NCBI GenBank assembly: GCA_964106915.2
Contig: OZ066914.1
DNA: 64,000 bases
From: Podarcis gaigeae
Taxonomy: Eukaryota
Strand: one strand, 5' to 3'
Positions 23,721 through 37,939 of the stretch are shown piece after piece (the stretch's first letter is position 1; the number at the start of each line of letters is the position of its first letter). The notes below the pieces were generated by a model. It saw nothing but the letters and a program-made list of their open reading frames with translations, made no database searches and was not told where the DNA came from. The position numbers and the translations under genes are program-made.

Positions 23721-24140
23721 AGTAGAGCAGACAATCTGTTTGAAACTTAGTTGCACTGTTGAACAGTAAAGCACAATGAGCTCTTGACATGGCCATCCCT
23801 GAGCATCTCTGGCACCATGGAGCCCTGTCTTCACAGGTTAGATCAGTGTTTCCTAACCAGGTGCCATATGGTCCCTGGGGGCCCCCAGGATATTCCAGGG
23901 GGCCACAGGTCAAAATCTCACAAATGGGGGGCCACAGCACACAGCTGCCCCCTCTTGGCTCTCCATGGACAGGCCACAGGAAGGAAACAAGGTTGGAAGG
24001 GGGCCACGGTTGGAAAAAGACGAGAAAACGCTTGGTTAGCTGACAAGTAAAGCACAAGTGGTGAAAGACACACTGTGAAACCGACCAAACATGAGGGAGC
24101 CTATTGCGGCAAGTGGCTAATTGCAGCGTTCTGCACTTAC

Positions 24141-24630
24141 CTTCACCAACCATAGTCACTCCTATTGACATTCCTAGGAATTTACTTTTAGTCCAGACGT
24201 GAGCATTGACACACATATTCCTTTCTACACATTCGGCATAAAACCCTGAGACTGGAGGGTGATGGGACACTTGTTCCGCTACAAATCTGACTGTGTGGTA
24301 GTCCGACTCTGCTTGTTCCTGTGACTCTTCTGAGACAGTCCCTTGCTCAGAGAGGGAATGGGACGAAGAGTTACTACTCGTGTCGGACGGTACTCGGCTC
24401 CTCCACGAGCAGTGAAACGTTTCCCCGATGATCGGGTTGTATGGCTTTTTCGCTATCGCCCCTTTGCGACCTTCATGAAAGGAAGTGAGGTAATATTCAA
24501 CAAAGCGGATCATCCTCTCCTCGGGGCTGGCGCCGCTGGAAATCGCAATGAAGAGATCTGGGTGGGACATGAAGTCAGCATACATTTCCAGCAAAGAGCG
24601 TTTCTCTAATATAAAAGTGGGGAGTACCAC
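24141..24630 (-). CDS. OSBPL11: OSBPL11 coding exon 9 (ORD core)
   Basis: 490 nt. Encodes [46 protein letters not shown], including the OSBP signature EQVSHHPP. Confidence 0.98.
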
Positions 24631-25002
24631 CTGAAAAGAAAGAGAGGCATGAAGCACACCTAAAGCTTCGAATTGCAAGTGATGGGATAAGGGTATAACG
24701 CTTTTCTAAGCAAAGAGCACAACCTTAACTAGCGCAAACAAGAGGAAGACATGTTACTTTGTGTATTCTTAAAACACTATGAAATACTTCCTCCTTCTCC
24801 TCTTCTTTAGGTGTTCCAACACAGTGGAGGGTGGCTGTCTGAAGCTAAGGCATCACTTATACTTATCGGGGCTCCCTGAGTGTTCTAGAACCCTGATTTT
24901 CCAGGGCTCTGAAATGTACACCAAGCCTCCACAAGTGCAGGAAGCTTCCCATTTCAGTCCATGGTGGTCAATAGGAACGACAACTTGGGGTGAGATGGAG
25001 CT

Positions 25003-25005
<3 letters not shown>

Positions 25006-25049
<44 letters not shown>
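25006..25049. repeat. (CA)n microsatellite
   Basis: About 22 AC units. Confidence 0.98.
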
Positions 25050-25050
<1 letters not shown>

Positions 25051-25292
25051 AGATTCCTTATTACCCGAAAGAATTCCTAAATAAACAATTCTGAGAGCGC
25101 AGTTCAACTAGCTGATATAAATTCAGCTGGTAGGAATGTCTTCAGCGAGGGCTTTTTTGTGGGAAGGGGAGCAAAGGCTTAATTCCAAGTTAATTAAGTT
25201 GTCTGTGCAAATCCAGATGTGGCTGGGCCAGCCTTCAGTTCCAGAAACGCTTCCCTCTCAATTTCAAGAAGATTAATGTTTCAGTCACTTAC

Positions 25293-25433
25293 TCTTGTTA
25301 AGTCCATGCCAAGTTTGAGTTGAGACAGGAGATGCAAGATAACGCTCCGCTGTTCTTCCACGGCTCCAAGGTCATCCTCTTTAAGTTCACATGTATCCTC
25401 TATCTCCTCATCTGGGTTTATTTCCTCTGGTTC
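25293..25433 (-). CDS. OSBPL11: OSBPL11 coding exon 8 (absent from the ORF track)
   Basis: 141 nt, tAG|GAA..AGA|GTaagt. Encodes EPEEINPDEEIEDTCELKEDDLGAVEEQRSVILHLLSQLKLGMDLTR. Confidence 0.96.
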
Positions 25434-27456
25434 CTAGTGTAAATTCCAAAAACAAATGACACTTCAAATAATTCACCAGCCCTAAATATCTGGGCTTTAT
25501 AACTTAATCCCTCTTCCTCCCATGCACGACAGTTCAGTCATCCTCCCAAACCTCACAGATAATCACTCATGTCTCAAGCGACATCATTTGTAGGAGTGAT
25601 ACCGAACAAGCCACTTAACCACAGTTAAGGCTGCAAGCTTCAATTAACAGTGTGATCCTGAGAATGATGAATCAGAAGAAAGACTTAGTCCCAATTAAAC
25701 ATCCTAACTAATTTATTGGGCTGACTGAAGAGAATATCACTGTTCATCCTCCACAGACCCACTAGCTCTCTTCTCTCTATGGAAGTTTTATTTTTAAAAA
25801 ACCCACAAATTTTATTTTTAGTTTCTCTACAAAACTAGCCCATATGTATGATTTCACTTCTAGGAATAAGAGACACAAGCTAGTTGACAGCACTCAGTTT
25901 AAACCAATGTCAGTGTATCTCTTCTGCAATATGGGCGGGATTTCAATATGCTAATTTTTTGTGTCTCTAGGGTGCTATTAAAATAGGAATTATTATACAA
26001 TCTGGATTTCTACATTGATAAAAAAATAAATAAAGATGGTTCAGCAATGAATAGTAGCCTTTGCTTACAAGTTCTTATGCTGTCCAGGAGCATTCTTTAA
26101 TGATCTTAAACACCCACCTCAAACACACTCAGGGTTTTGGTAATATGTACATTTACTTTATCTGTTAATTAAAAGCTGGGTGTTTCATCAATTGCATTTT
26201 AACTTCAGCTGATAGACCTGCTTAACAGATAGGTATAATCATATTTTGCCTTTGATGGAACAATTTTTTTATATTTCTAGTACTTGCTGTCAGTTTCCTG
26301 AAATGAACAAGACAAAATCACTGAGTGGGAAATTAAAAAACCCACTTTAATAACAATTAAATGTAAAACAAAAATAAGAGGAGTAGCATATGTTATGTTT
26401 AATGCTAATGATGCTCGGTTTCTCCCATGTAGAATGATGACTTCAAGTATTACAGATGGAAAAAAGTGGGAACAGTAAAAGTTCTCTGACAGACGTGCCC
26501 TGAATATAAAATGTGCCAACACACAAAAAAGAAATAAATGAAGTATAGCCTGCATGTATCCATGTATCACAGGATATGAAGTTTACTCTCCCAGAAGGAA
26601 TTCCTGCTTGTCCTAAGTGGAATAGCCAACTACAAATTGGCTATAGAACAAGCATAGCAGAAGTATTTAGTAAGTTGACCTGGCCTGCCAGACTCAAAGG
26701 TCTATTAGCTCCAATGGCAGAGAGGGAATGATATATTCAGTATCATGTCTCACCTTGGAAGAGGCAGACTGAAGACAAAGACAGATAAGGCACACCAAGT
26801 GTTTGTTTTTAATTAATTTTAATACTGTATTTTAAATTGCTGTTTCCCACTCTGGAACCTTGTGGTGAAAGGCGGGTAACATTCTGAATAAACAAGGAGT
26901 CTTGACCACTTAAGTACTATGGTATCTATCAAAATGAGCAAAGCCTTTTCAAACATACAGACCCAGGAGTTACCCTCCATATTCCACAAAATATTTGTCA
27001 GTGATATTAATAGAGACTGCTTATAGAATAGAGTAACTGTGAATGCTTATTGTTCCTATGTCCCATTTGAAGTGCCCTTCAAAGCTATACTGAGTAGACA
27101 TCTTCCTTTAATAGTTCCTCGGAAAGGTGCAAAAATATTACCCCCCTCTTCCCTGCTTTCTCTACAGGCACCAAAATGCATCAGTATTTTAGGCTGTGAC
27201 AACGATTCTTCAACAGTAGGTCTGGGAATGTCAGTGGGTCCCACTGCACTTTCAAGTGGGCCTCACTGACACAGCCCACACTGTGTCTCCTCACTTGCCC
27301 GCCCTGCCCCTGCCATTTTGGTTGGACTGGTGCCAGTACCAGCAATTCCTTGCTGCTAAAGATGGGCGAGAGTCAGAGTTGGGGTGGGGGAGGAAAGGGA
27401 GTTTTCCCTTCTCTGACAGGAAAGGGCAAGAGGAATGGAAGGAAATTAGGCTAATA

Positions 27457-27666
27457 CAGTGGTACCTGAGGTTACAGACTCCACTAACCCAGAAATAGTA
27501 CCTCGGGTTAAGAACTTTGCTTCAGGATGAAAACAGAAATCATGCTCCGGCGGCACAGCGGCAGCAGGAAGCCCCATTAGCTAAAGTGGTGCTTCAGGTT
27601 AAGAACAGTTTCAAGTTAAGAACAGACCTCCGGAACAAATTAAGTACTTAACCCGAGGTACCACTG
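27457..27666. mobile_element. Tc1/mariner-superfamily MITE
   Basis: TIRs CAGTGGTACCT / AGGTACCACTG with TA TSD. Reverse-oriented relative of 7739-7968. Confidence 0.88.
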
Positions 27667-29732
27667 TACTTAAAAATAAGTAGCAACTGGAAACGGAAAG
27701 GAGAGGAAAGCTGTTGCAGAAGAAAGAAGTGAACATAAAAGGGTAAGGGAGGAGGAAAGGAAAAACTGGCAGCTTATAAGGCACAAGTGTTAAAGGAGAA
27801 GAAATAACAGGAGATGAATAAAGACTTTGAAATGGTGGGGGGGGGGGGAGAGTATGATATAAAAAACTTCTCCATCTAGAGCCTCTGAATCAGCAAATTC
27901 TACCTAAAACGGGCAGGCTGAGTCATATCACCTCAGGGCCAGTATCTGTACAGCGGAACTTCTTGCCACAAGGAAATCGCTCTGCCAGGGAATTTAGAGA
28001 TTTCTGAAGTGGAATTAGATATCAATGAAGATATCTAACTGCCAGCTGATTATGCCTGTCTCCATCTCTACCTGCCACCATTTTGTAATTGTTTCTGCGC
28101 CTGAGACCCAACAGTTTTGTAAGTGGTAGCCTTCAGCCCTCTCAAGTGGGCCCTGGAGGGTAGAAAGTTTGAGAACTGCTGGGATACCTGAATTAATTTT
28201 TCTGGGATGGAACTATGGTGGATATTCATCCCAGTGTGGGCAGAAAAGTAGCTGAGAGAACAGCCACGTTCACACTACTATTGTGGAAACTCAAAAGCTT
28301 TGCAACAGGCCTTGCTCATTCCAGCAACTGGGAGAGAATACTAAGGAACAGGGGATACAGGAGCAGAGGTTGGGGGGCAGCAAGAACAGCATAGGAAGTG
28401 GGCTATGAAACTGACTCTTGCCTATGGTTGATGAGGGAGATGTGATTTCATTTTAAATCATCTAGTTGCATCTTACTAAATGAGTTTATTTCTTTGCTTG
28501 TATTTGTATTTACTTGTATTCCTCTCCCAGCCTTGCAGTTCCCTGCTCACGGCATACTGCACTCCGAATTCTTTTCAGTTACATACACTAATCATTTAGG
28601 AATGCTTGGGTGTGTGGAGATTTCTGCCTCAGTGAAGAATGGGTTGGGCACCAGGTCTTTTCAGGTACAATTCAGTAACTCCTCTAAGTAACACTATCAA
28701 GTGCTGCAAGCAACAGGGTGTGTAGTGGGAATTTGCCATCTCCTAGAGCAAAGTATGGTGGTAACCAGGGAGAAGGAAAGAAAAGCTGTAAACAGCAGTC
28801 ATCAGAACAGGAGCAGCAGCCACGACGGGGCAGGCAGAGAAAGGGAGCCTGTTTTCTTGCATTGTCTCTCCAGGGTGCGAACAGCTGCTGAACTGTCAGT
28901 AAGTATACTGGCATCACATTCTTCCAGTAAGGGTATTGCACTTCTGTAATTCAGTTTCTTGTTTGGAAGCAACCATGATTCAAATCCTAGCTTTGGCTTC
29001 CAACTCATTAAAAAAACTTAAACACACACACACTTTAAGTAAAGTTGAAATCAAATGAGCAATCACTAAATTTCTTCATTTTTAATGTGGGAAATGAAGA
29101 AATGACAGCACCCGTTCACTACAACTTTCATTCGTGCCAAGGGTCATGGTTTGCTTTCTGAAATATGGTCGTATTACATTTTTTTTTATAGCTTTCATTA
29201 TATCCTTTCAATTTAAGATATTTTAAGATCAGATATGTAGTTTTACAATGAGATCTTATAGCTTGTTGCTCCATTACTATTCTAATCTGCTGTTAATTTT
29301 TACGAAAGGTATCTATAGATTAAGTGACAAAAAATATATATTAAAAACATCCAATTGAATTCTCACTTTATCTTGACTGATCTGGGCACATATACCTGGA
29401 AAGGTTTTCACCGTTTAATCTGCTTATGGCTTTGTAACTATATTTAACTGCATGGGATTTATTATAATTTACTTAATTATTCCTTTCATCAATGCTCGCT
29501 TTTCCATATTTCCTCCTGTTAATGAAAGAAGGGAAAAAGCTACAACTTAAAAAGTGATTCCTGTATTGATACTGTGTTACCTTTTCCTGTTTACACTCAC
29601 AGAAACTGTTTACACTCTGATTTTTCTCAATGATGCCTACTCAAAATAGTAGTATATTAAAAGCCTGAGCCGTCCCCATTTCTCAAGTAAAGGAGGAAAA
29701 AACCAAAAACAAAGCACACAACAGGGGCTTAC

Positions 29733-29878
29733 CCTGGTTAGCTGACTGGAACCTGAAATGGACTGCTCCTCTCTGATCGATGATGGCTTGTTTTGATCTG
29801 CTGGGAAATTCTGATCTGCTCCATTTTTGAAGTGGTTTGGCAGGGAGATCTTTGGTTCCAACCAGCTGATAGTTGTCC
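29733..29878 (-). CDS. OSBPL11: OSBPL11 coding exon 7
   Basis: 146 nt. Encodes GTTISWLEPKISLPNHFKNGADQNFPADQNKPSSIREEQSISGSSQLTR. Confidence 0.94.
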
Positions 29879-31046
29879 CTGAAGCAAACGAGAGTTTACG
29901 CTGAAACTTGCTCATATTCTAGAAGCGTATTTTGTTTTTCAAAAAGGCAACTGTCATTAAGCAGCTTTACTCCCCCCTCCCCCCAAAATGACTAAAAAGC
30001 AACTGAGCTTGCTCAAGCAGCTACAAAAAAACAAAGATGGGTGCAGGAGAACACCACCTCCTCGGGTCATTAGAATGATGCCTGTGATTGGGCCATGATG
30101 AAACACACAACTTGCTCCGGCGGAGGAGGAGATGGGGTTACGAAAGGTGTAATCAGACACCAGTTAAAGAACCCAATAAGACTGGGTTGTTACGTAATCC
30201 CTTTGGACAGGTTGCAGCATCGACATTCTAGCAACACCATTAGGGGAAAACAATTGCAAACTGCAATTTATTACTAGGAAGTAATGCTAAAACTAAAGAA
30301 CACACGTTTTGCAAGAGGTCTTGTTGGGGCATTGACGGGGTGAGGGGGAATACTTGGTTCTGCACAGTTGAATAAATCTCTGTTGAATAAATAATAGTTG
30401 CTTGAAAATAAAAGCTGCATCATTTGGAAAACTGTCACCCGTTCGTTTAATGATTCTGGTGTCTCCAATTACCCCCCAGCTAGTCTATCGGAATGGATAC
30501 AATTCCTCATCAATAATGAAAATGTTCCATTCTGTTCTCAAAGGCTAGTGTGTGTAGACTCTAATAATGCCCTATTAAAAGAAACACATACACAAACTTG
30601 AATAAAAGAACAGTCAATCTGGGACATAAACATTACTGGTAACTTGGCATCTTCTGCCGATCACAGTGCTGGATTCTGAGCTGAGCTGTTACACCATACA
30701 AGTACCCTGGGGAAGTTCAGCAGCAGCAGCAGCTATCTAGGCTGACTGAACATTCCCCTTCGGGTATGATCTGAAGGCACATGAGGCCACCATCATTTGG
30801 AAACTAAGCAGGTCTGGCTGGTGCCTGGATGTCGACCATTTAGGAACGCCATGTACACCATTGTGAATTCCATGAAAGGAGTGATGTTAACTCATGATAG
30901 GCAAATGCTAAAGTGCAAGCAGCAAAGTGGGAACGTAAGATCTCCAAAGTACTGAAGGCATTTAAATGTGTTTCCTATTTTGCACAGAAGAGAAAGATCA
31001 AATCAAGGCTTTATTAAAAGAAGAAGACAGAGCAAATATAACTCAC

Positions 31047-31248
31047 CAGTAGGTAAGGACCCTTTTTGTTGCGATGCATGCTGGAGCTGAAGAATGTGGA
31101 AACAATCGTTTAAACAATTCATTGTGGCCATAGAGGTTGCCTTGAGCATCAGCAGGTCTTGGTCCAAGGAAGAGAGATGGCCAGAGGAAGGAAGACATTC
31201 TATGTTCCTTATCAAGTCTCTCTGCTGTCCCTCAGCTTGCGACATCAT
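31047..31248 (-). CDS. OSBPL11: OSBPL11 coding exon 6 (helical/dimerisation region)
   Basis: 202 nt. Encodes [50 protein letters not shown]. Confidence 0.97.
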
Positions 31249-33500
31249 CTAGCAAGCAAGCAATGCACAAAAGGCTGAGGTTTGGGTCATCTGAACTCTC
31301 ATTTACCTAAAACTCCTTGTTATTCAAATTCAGTGTGCCAACGTAACATCATGAAAAGAGCACAGGCTTCATCCAATCCCCTGAACTCTTCAAACATCCA
31401 CACTATATAGATTGTTAAATGAAGCTACTTCTTACTTCAGTGGAGGCAGTGGAACAATGTCCTTCACCATGCCCAAGAGCTAATGGCTAGTTATGGGGGC
31501 ACAGGACAGGTCACACGTAGCCTGCCTTCCAGCAAAAAGGAACAGCCAAGGGCTCAGCAAAAACATCTGGGGTAGGTGTGTCTGCCTCCATTGCCTCCCA
31601 GGTCTCTGCCTAATTATAGGGCCTGCCTTGCGTTGCAGAAATGGCTTGAGACCTCAGGTGGTTCTTTAGTCAAATTACCTTGGGAAATAACTCTATCTAA
31701 ACTCACCTAGCCAGTTTTTTTGGCTAACCTACTCATTCAAACCAGCAAGAACATATTGCATATTCAGACTAAATAAGCAAACACACACACATAAAAATGT
31801 ATTTTTAAAAGCACCATATGATGGCGCCAATCCATTCCTTTAGAACCATAATCATATATATGATGACATTCCACTCCTTTGCTAACACCTATGGCAGCAA
31901 ATTGTTAGTTATTTAATTTATTACTATTGCATTTTTATTGCCAGGGAGAGGCGATTGTGGGCCTTTTTGCCTCGCATTCCAAAATAACACAGCCTTGGTT
32001 GGGCCAGTGGGTTGGGGTGGAGGAAGGTGGAGAAGACAGCCATTTACTGTGAAATGTCATGGGCTGAACCTGAATGGAAGAAACATTCGTGCTAATAATC
32101 TACCACACAAAAGTATCAGCCCTATATTAAAAAGAAGCACTATTCTTTTCTCAACTCAAAACAAGTTTTATCTTTTGTGGATGCTTCAGATGGATGGAAA
32201 CCAGGTAAGATATCACATATCTCCAGAGTCCTGCACCCTCCCTCTTGTCTAACCCCCACCCCCCGCTCTCTGAATGAAATACTTCAGCATTGGTTTTAAC
32301 CACAGTCAAAGATTAACCACAATTCTTCACCCTCTTGAAGCCTCAAACCTGTCCAGTTCTCTGTCCTGCTTGTTCTTAATGCTCATTTTAGACAGAGGAA
32401 AGCCAGAAATATGGTATGGTTAACACTGCCGGAGCAAAGCCAAGCACCAACCTAGAAGTTAAGACACAGTAGCAGAAATAGCTCGAACTAGGTTCACCCT
32501 GACTTTCATCATAGTTGGTGCTCAGTAGGAATGAGGAGTTACCATATCCTCACCCCTCGAAACCCAAGGGTAAAAGGATGTCAATGGATCCTAAACTCCA
32601 GTGTTTTCGATTTTGTTTTGAGCAGATGATGAGCAAGCAGCACAGGACGTCTTGTCCATGATCACTTGACAGAGTACTGAGAGCACAACTGGGTCACTCT
32701 ACTTTTTGGCTATGTGATCTATTATGCATGGCGATCTCAACCTTCTGTAGCCAGCAATGAGAGCAGATTACATAGATAATTCACTGCACAGCTTATTCAA
32801 ACGAATATAAGGGAGGCTACGAGAGGGAGACTGATGGAATTTCATCACCATCCAGTGCTACATTCCAGCCCTAAGACTTATTACAGGCGTGATGATGGAA
32901 CTAGTCATGTGTTTCCTGCTCAGTTTCCTAATTTAAAGAATCATGGTCCAAGTGTCTGAGCTTGCTCTTCAAGAAAGAGCCAATCCCAAGTTCAGAGAGT
33001 AAGGTATCTCCCCACCCCTGTTAGGTCAAGATAACACCTGTAACCCCTTGGTTCCATGTGTAAGATTTTCTTTCTCAACATGAAAGGATTATTTATTTAT
33101 TTATTTATTAAATTTATACCTTGCCTTTCCATACAAAATGCTCAAGGAAGCTAACAATAAAATAAACAAGAGTAAGTCGCAACTATCACCCCCGGGTACC
33201 CAGGTAAAGAAGTATAGAGAATGGAAATAGCAGTTTATCAATTACTAGTTTTGTACTAGTGACCCATGATTAAGGCAGCAAAGAATGAGAGCACATGTTG
33301 AGCTCAGTGCTCACTGCCAACCTCAACCTGAGTAGATTAAGGGAAAAGTAATCAGAATAAGTCATTGACGCTGCAATGTGTAAATTACTATTATAATAAA
33401 TTCAATTATCGTGCTGAATTTCAGATAGTATAGGGACCATCTGCTTCCCAAAGAAAGCTCTTCTTAACCAAGAAACTGGTAAAAAAAAGATTATACTAAC

Positions 33501-33680
33501 CTCTCGTACATCGATTAAATGATCTGGCTGCAAAATGGGAATTCTCCTCCCAGCTGGGAGCTTGTGATGCCCAACATTAAAAAAGGAAGCTGCATTTTGG
33601 CTGGGTCTTCTTTGCACACCAGGGGAGCCACTTCCTTGAGATGCGAGAGAGAAGCTGCGAGATTTCAGAGGAGGATTGTT
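33501..33680 (-). CDS. OSBPL11: OSBPL11 coding exon 5
   Basis: 180 nt. Encodes NNPPLKSRSFSLAS..QRRPSQNAASFFNVGH..PDHLIDVRE. Confidence 0.95.
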
Positions 33681-34536
33681 CTGGTGAACAAACATACATA
33701 TTAGGAAATACTTGAAAACTAATCTTTAAGTCTCCACCTTTTTTTACTTATATACATATTAAGTACATAGATATACTATTAGAATATGCACTCAGTAATT
33801 TAGAAAACCCTGAGGACTGGCTAAATCATCAACATATATTCAGGCCTTGACCAATACTAAATATTCTTCAGAATGCGGAACTAGCACCCATGGGGCTACT
33901 GCCCCATCTCCCGCACCATGCTTCAGTGTACAAAAGAAAAGAGACACCTTCTCTGTTGTGCTGTACGCACTGTACACCTAAATTACATCTACAAGAAAAA
34001 ACAGATTCACAGTCTAATCCCACACATGCTTCCTCAGAAGTCCATCCCACTGGGTTCAACAACAATTACTCCTAAGTGAAAGGGCTGCAGTTTTAGTTTT
34101 AAGGACTGCATTGCCATTACAATTTAAGGAAACAGACTTCAGGTATCCCAAGTGCAGAAGAGGCAGTGGTCCACGCAAAAAGCCAAACCTAGTTGGAAAG
34201 TTGTAGAATTTCCTTCTCTGGGTGTTTAGCTAACTACCTGTCAGATTATTTAGGTTTTACTGAACAGTGCCATAAGAAGCTACGGAGAAGTTACTTCGGT
34301 GGCAATCAGAGGAGGTCCCTGCTATTCAACTACTACAACAAATACACGCTTAGGTTTGCAGCATCACATTTCAAATAAAACGTCATTAAAACCTAATTCG
34401 TCTTGGCATTGCTGCCATCTTTCTATGGTAGGCTCACGCTTCTTCAGCAATTGTAATTATGACCCTTTAAGCTACATAATTGATGGGCAGTTTAAATAAC
34501 TGCTGCATAACTTAAAGTATACGTTACAGACAGTAC

Positions 34537-34616
34537 CTTTCCAATTGCTTCAGTGTGGTGCTGTGTGCATATCTGAAGCCTGCTGACCCAATGCTGCCGT
34601 TCTTTGGCATCAGTAG
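34537..34616 (-). CDS. OSBPL11: OSBPL11 coding exon 4 (PH domain end)
   Basis: 80 nt. Encodes ATDAKERQHWVSRLQICTQHHTEAIGK. Confidence 0.96.
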
Positions 34617-36016
34617 CTGGATTAAAAAAAAAATCATCAGAAGGAAAAGGAAGTTCAGAGGCAAACAAGGCAAGAATATAATTATTTATTTCAAGTTAAG
34701 TTTTGTTTAGGGAACGTCACTTCCAGCAATGCAGAAGGAGAGGGTGTGCAAAATGTGGCATAGATACAACCTGTGGCACCTCTTTCTTTGGGTTACTGGG
34801 TCTTATCCTGAGGCATATCATAACTCTAACCTCCCACTGCAATGGTTCTGTGATCGATGTAGCATTGGTTGTCCACAGTACGCTTTTAGGTGATGCCAGG
34901 GCCACAGCAAAAATAGAGGAAAATGTTTTCTACAGCAAACAATGGCAAATGTTGAACTAAAACAACTCCTCCTGCACTCCTAAGGAAGCTATACTGAAAA
35001 AGGAGGGTGCACATGTCAAAAAGGAGCGCTAAGCCCTGGTGGGCTGCCCCCTTACCTGCTTGTGACTGACAGACAGTCAGCCAATCAGGATTTTTCTTCT
35101 TCACTTCTCACTTCCCTCAGTGATCCCGTCGCCTCTTGTTGTGGCCCTCATTTATGCATTTTTCACCTGGGGCCCCCTTAGAATATCCTGGTGGCCCCCG
35201 GTTGGGAAACACTGTTCTAACACACCCACACCTTTTCACAATCCACTGGTTGGGCTGGGACAAATATGGGAATCAGATAAGTGCAACTGTAAGATATACT
35301 AAGTGTTGCAAGTATTCACTATGAGTCAGAAGAAACATTCCAGTCTGGACTACAACAGAAAACTGCTCTTCAATGAAATGTAGCATTTGTCTGAACGCCT
35401 GTGTAAACGGGTGAAGACCTATCAGCCCTCAATCTTCAGCAGTCACATTTTGCAACAATGTATTTTAGTAAAATTTTACAGCACGTTGATTGGTTACATC
35501 TCTTGTTTTGACTAAAAGCACCACTCTCCCCAAACGATGCATATAGAAAAAATGTGACTGTTTTTATGCCAATTATCAAAGTGGAATGGTTAACATGATT
35601 TCAATTGTTTAAAATATATATATACATATTTTTAAAACTTGAATAAATCTCAAGAACACACGGTAATTACAATAGTTTTGTATATACCTATAATATGCAT
35701 ATAAATATTTTACCACATGGAGACGTTATATTCACTAATATTTGTGTTATAGTTATTATTCCTAAATTAGAGGATTTCACTTATCTTTAGTATTTCTCTT
35801 GTCTACTATGCATTTTTTATGTAAAAAGAAAGTGATTTATACCTCTAGCAGTTTAATTTGTAAAAAATATATTGTTCAAATTCAGACATAGTAATTTTTC
35901 AGAATGCACAAAACAGCAAGCAGACACTGACTTGGAGAAGACAGCTATCCAAAAACAAGCAAAGAAGAGGCAAGGCTTCCTCCTAGTGGGGAAGTCCAAG
36001 AACTACGGAGTCTTAC

Positions 36017-36192
36017 CTCGCAGCTTATATTGTTCTCCACTAGCTGCATTCACTGTGAATGTATGAGAATCTTCATCACTAGGAGAGATCACAGCTCCAG
36101 CCAGCTGTAATGTACCCCTGGGCTTCTGGTTTCTCAGCTGTTCATTCACAAAATACTCCAGGAGACCAGCTTCATTGTTCAAGACAAAATAC
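36017..36192 (-). CDS. OSBPL11: OSBPL11 coding exon 3 (PH domain)
   Basis: 176 nt. Encodes [58 protein letters not shown]. Confidence 0.97.
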
Positions 36193-37939
36193 CTGTAAGT
36201 TTTGAGGGAAATAAACCATGTAAGAGTAAAGCAAGACTAAAGGTTAAACAAATTACTCTTTACGCAGATGGCCATATTTAGATATTTTGGGATTACAGAA
36301 AACTGGGTTGTGTCAATAATAGAAGTGATTAGTTTTGGAATGCCCATCAACTGACTGATCAAATATTCCATGAAGCCAAGGGCAGTCATTGTCTGCCTTG
36401 AAGACCAGTCCGCCAGCTATAACCAGTTTCTTCCTGTTAGTTCAATAAATTGACTCCCCACTCAGTGAATAAGCTGCCTCTGGGTCCACAGCCATGCTAA
36501 ATGTACAGGCTGAGGGACAGGACCTCAGATCCTGCAGTTCCCCAGACTGGCAAGGAAGTCCTTCTACCATGAAGGAATTGTACATGTTCATTTTGTCCTT
36601 AGAAAAATATTATTTCTCCCCTTGGTATGTAACTCTGTGCTGCTACCGAGACTAATGTTTTTGATGTGGGGGTGGTGAGGCTTTTCAGAGCAGCACAGGG
36701 TTAGGCCTGAATGTTGGGGGATTAGGTCACCAAAGTTCATCAGAATACTCTCTCATCACCAGAAAACCTCTTGAACTTGGAACTGGCTTAGAGGGTCTGC
36801 ATCTGGTGCTGGGCCATAAAAACAAACTAGGAATACCACTGCTGTGCCATCCCCCTTTGCTGCTCAGTAACCTCAGCGACTGAACTGGCTGAAGTGGCCT
36901 CTGGTAAGATTTTGGAAGAACAAGGACAATTATTCTAGGCGATTTCAATTTTCATGTGGGGTCTACTGTCAGTCCAGCTTGGCATTTCCTAGCCTCCATG
37001 GCTATGATGGGAATGCCACAACAGACTGTTGGCAAACCACACAGAACAGAGAATACCCTGAATGTGATTTTTGCTCTGAACAATGGGAGGAGCAGTCTGA
37101 AAGGAGGGGATTCCACAATACCCCTATGTCACAGACAGACCACTTACTGGGAAAGTGTGGACTTCTGGTGCCAGTGTCTCCCTGCAGGGATGTAGGACCA
37201 AGAGGGTCCTAGGACCAAGAGGCTCCCTGCAGGGATGTAGGACTCCTGAGATTTATGGAATCCAAGGGATTCCTGAATGATATCTGGAGGATTTCCCACA
37301 GGTGATCCTGTTGAAGATTTCATCACATTGAGAAAAAGTGAGATAACACACAATTGACCCTGAGTGTCCTCTCAGGTGCTGCAGAGTCCAGGCAGCCCCA
37401 TGGTACTCTAAGGAGCATAGAAGATGAAGCAGGCTGGATAATGACTAGAATGCAAATGGCACATGTCTCATCTTGAAGCCGATCAAACACTAGTTAAAGT
37501 CCACAGCCATGCAGACTATGCAGTAGTGCAGATGGCAAAAAAGACTTGCTTTATCAGATGCACTGCACCTTCCAGTAAATGTCCAACTGAGTTTTCTAAT
37601 GTGGCCTGAAGTTTGATCACACCTGCTGTTGTAGGTGGACCCGTAGTGTCTTTGGAAGCCCTTTGTGACCATTTTGCTTTCTACTTTTGAGGACAAACTC
37701 ACTTGATGCCCGAAGGACACCTCTGTTGAGTTGTCCATTGACATGTCTAACCAGCTGCTGCAGCCTGACAGGGTGCATGCAGCAATGCTCTCTTGACCCC
37801 TGCTCTTCTTGGCTAATAAAAACTAGCAGAAAGGGTGTGACTGGGTGGGTTCAGAATGTAGCTAAGACATTTCTGCATTGGGGAGGGTCCCTGCTGTCCT
37901 CAAGGCAGCAGAGGTGTAGCCACTCCTCAAGCAGCCTAC

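Noticed and set aside
23434-24140. Long open extension of OSBPL11 exon 9 (414-aa ORF)
   Set aside because: There is a strong donor GTAAGT at 24140, and the extension runs through hAT and LINE remnants with no protein-like features.
32626-32680. Possible C/D box snoRNA (ATGATGA..CTGA)
   Set aside because: Short, no terminal stem, antisense to the host intron and no recognisable rRNA guide.
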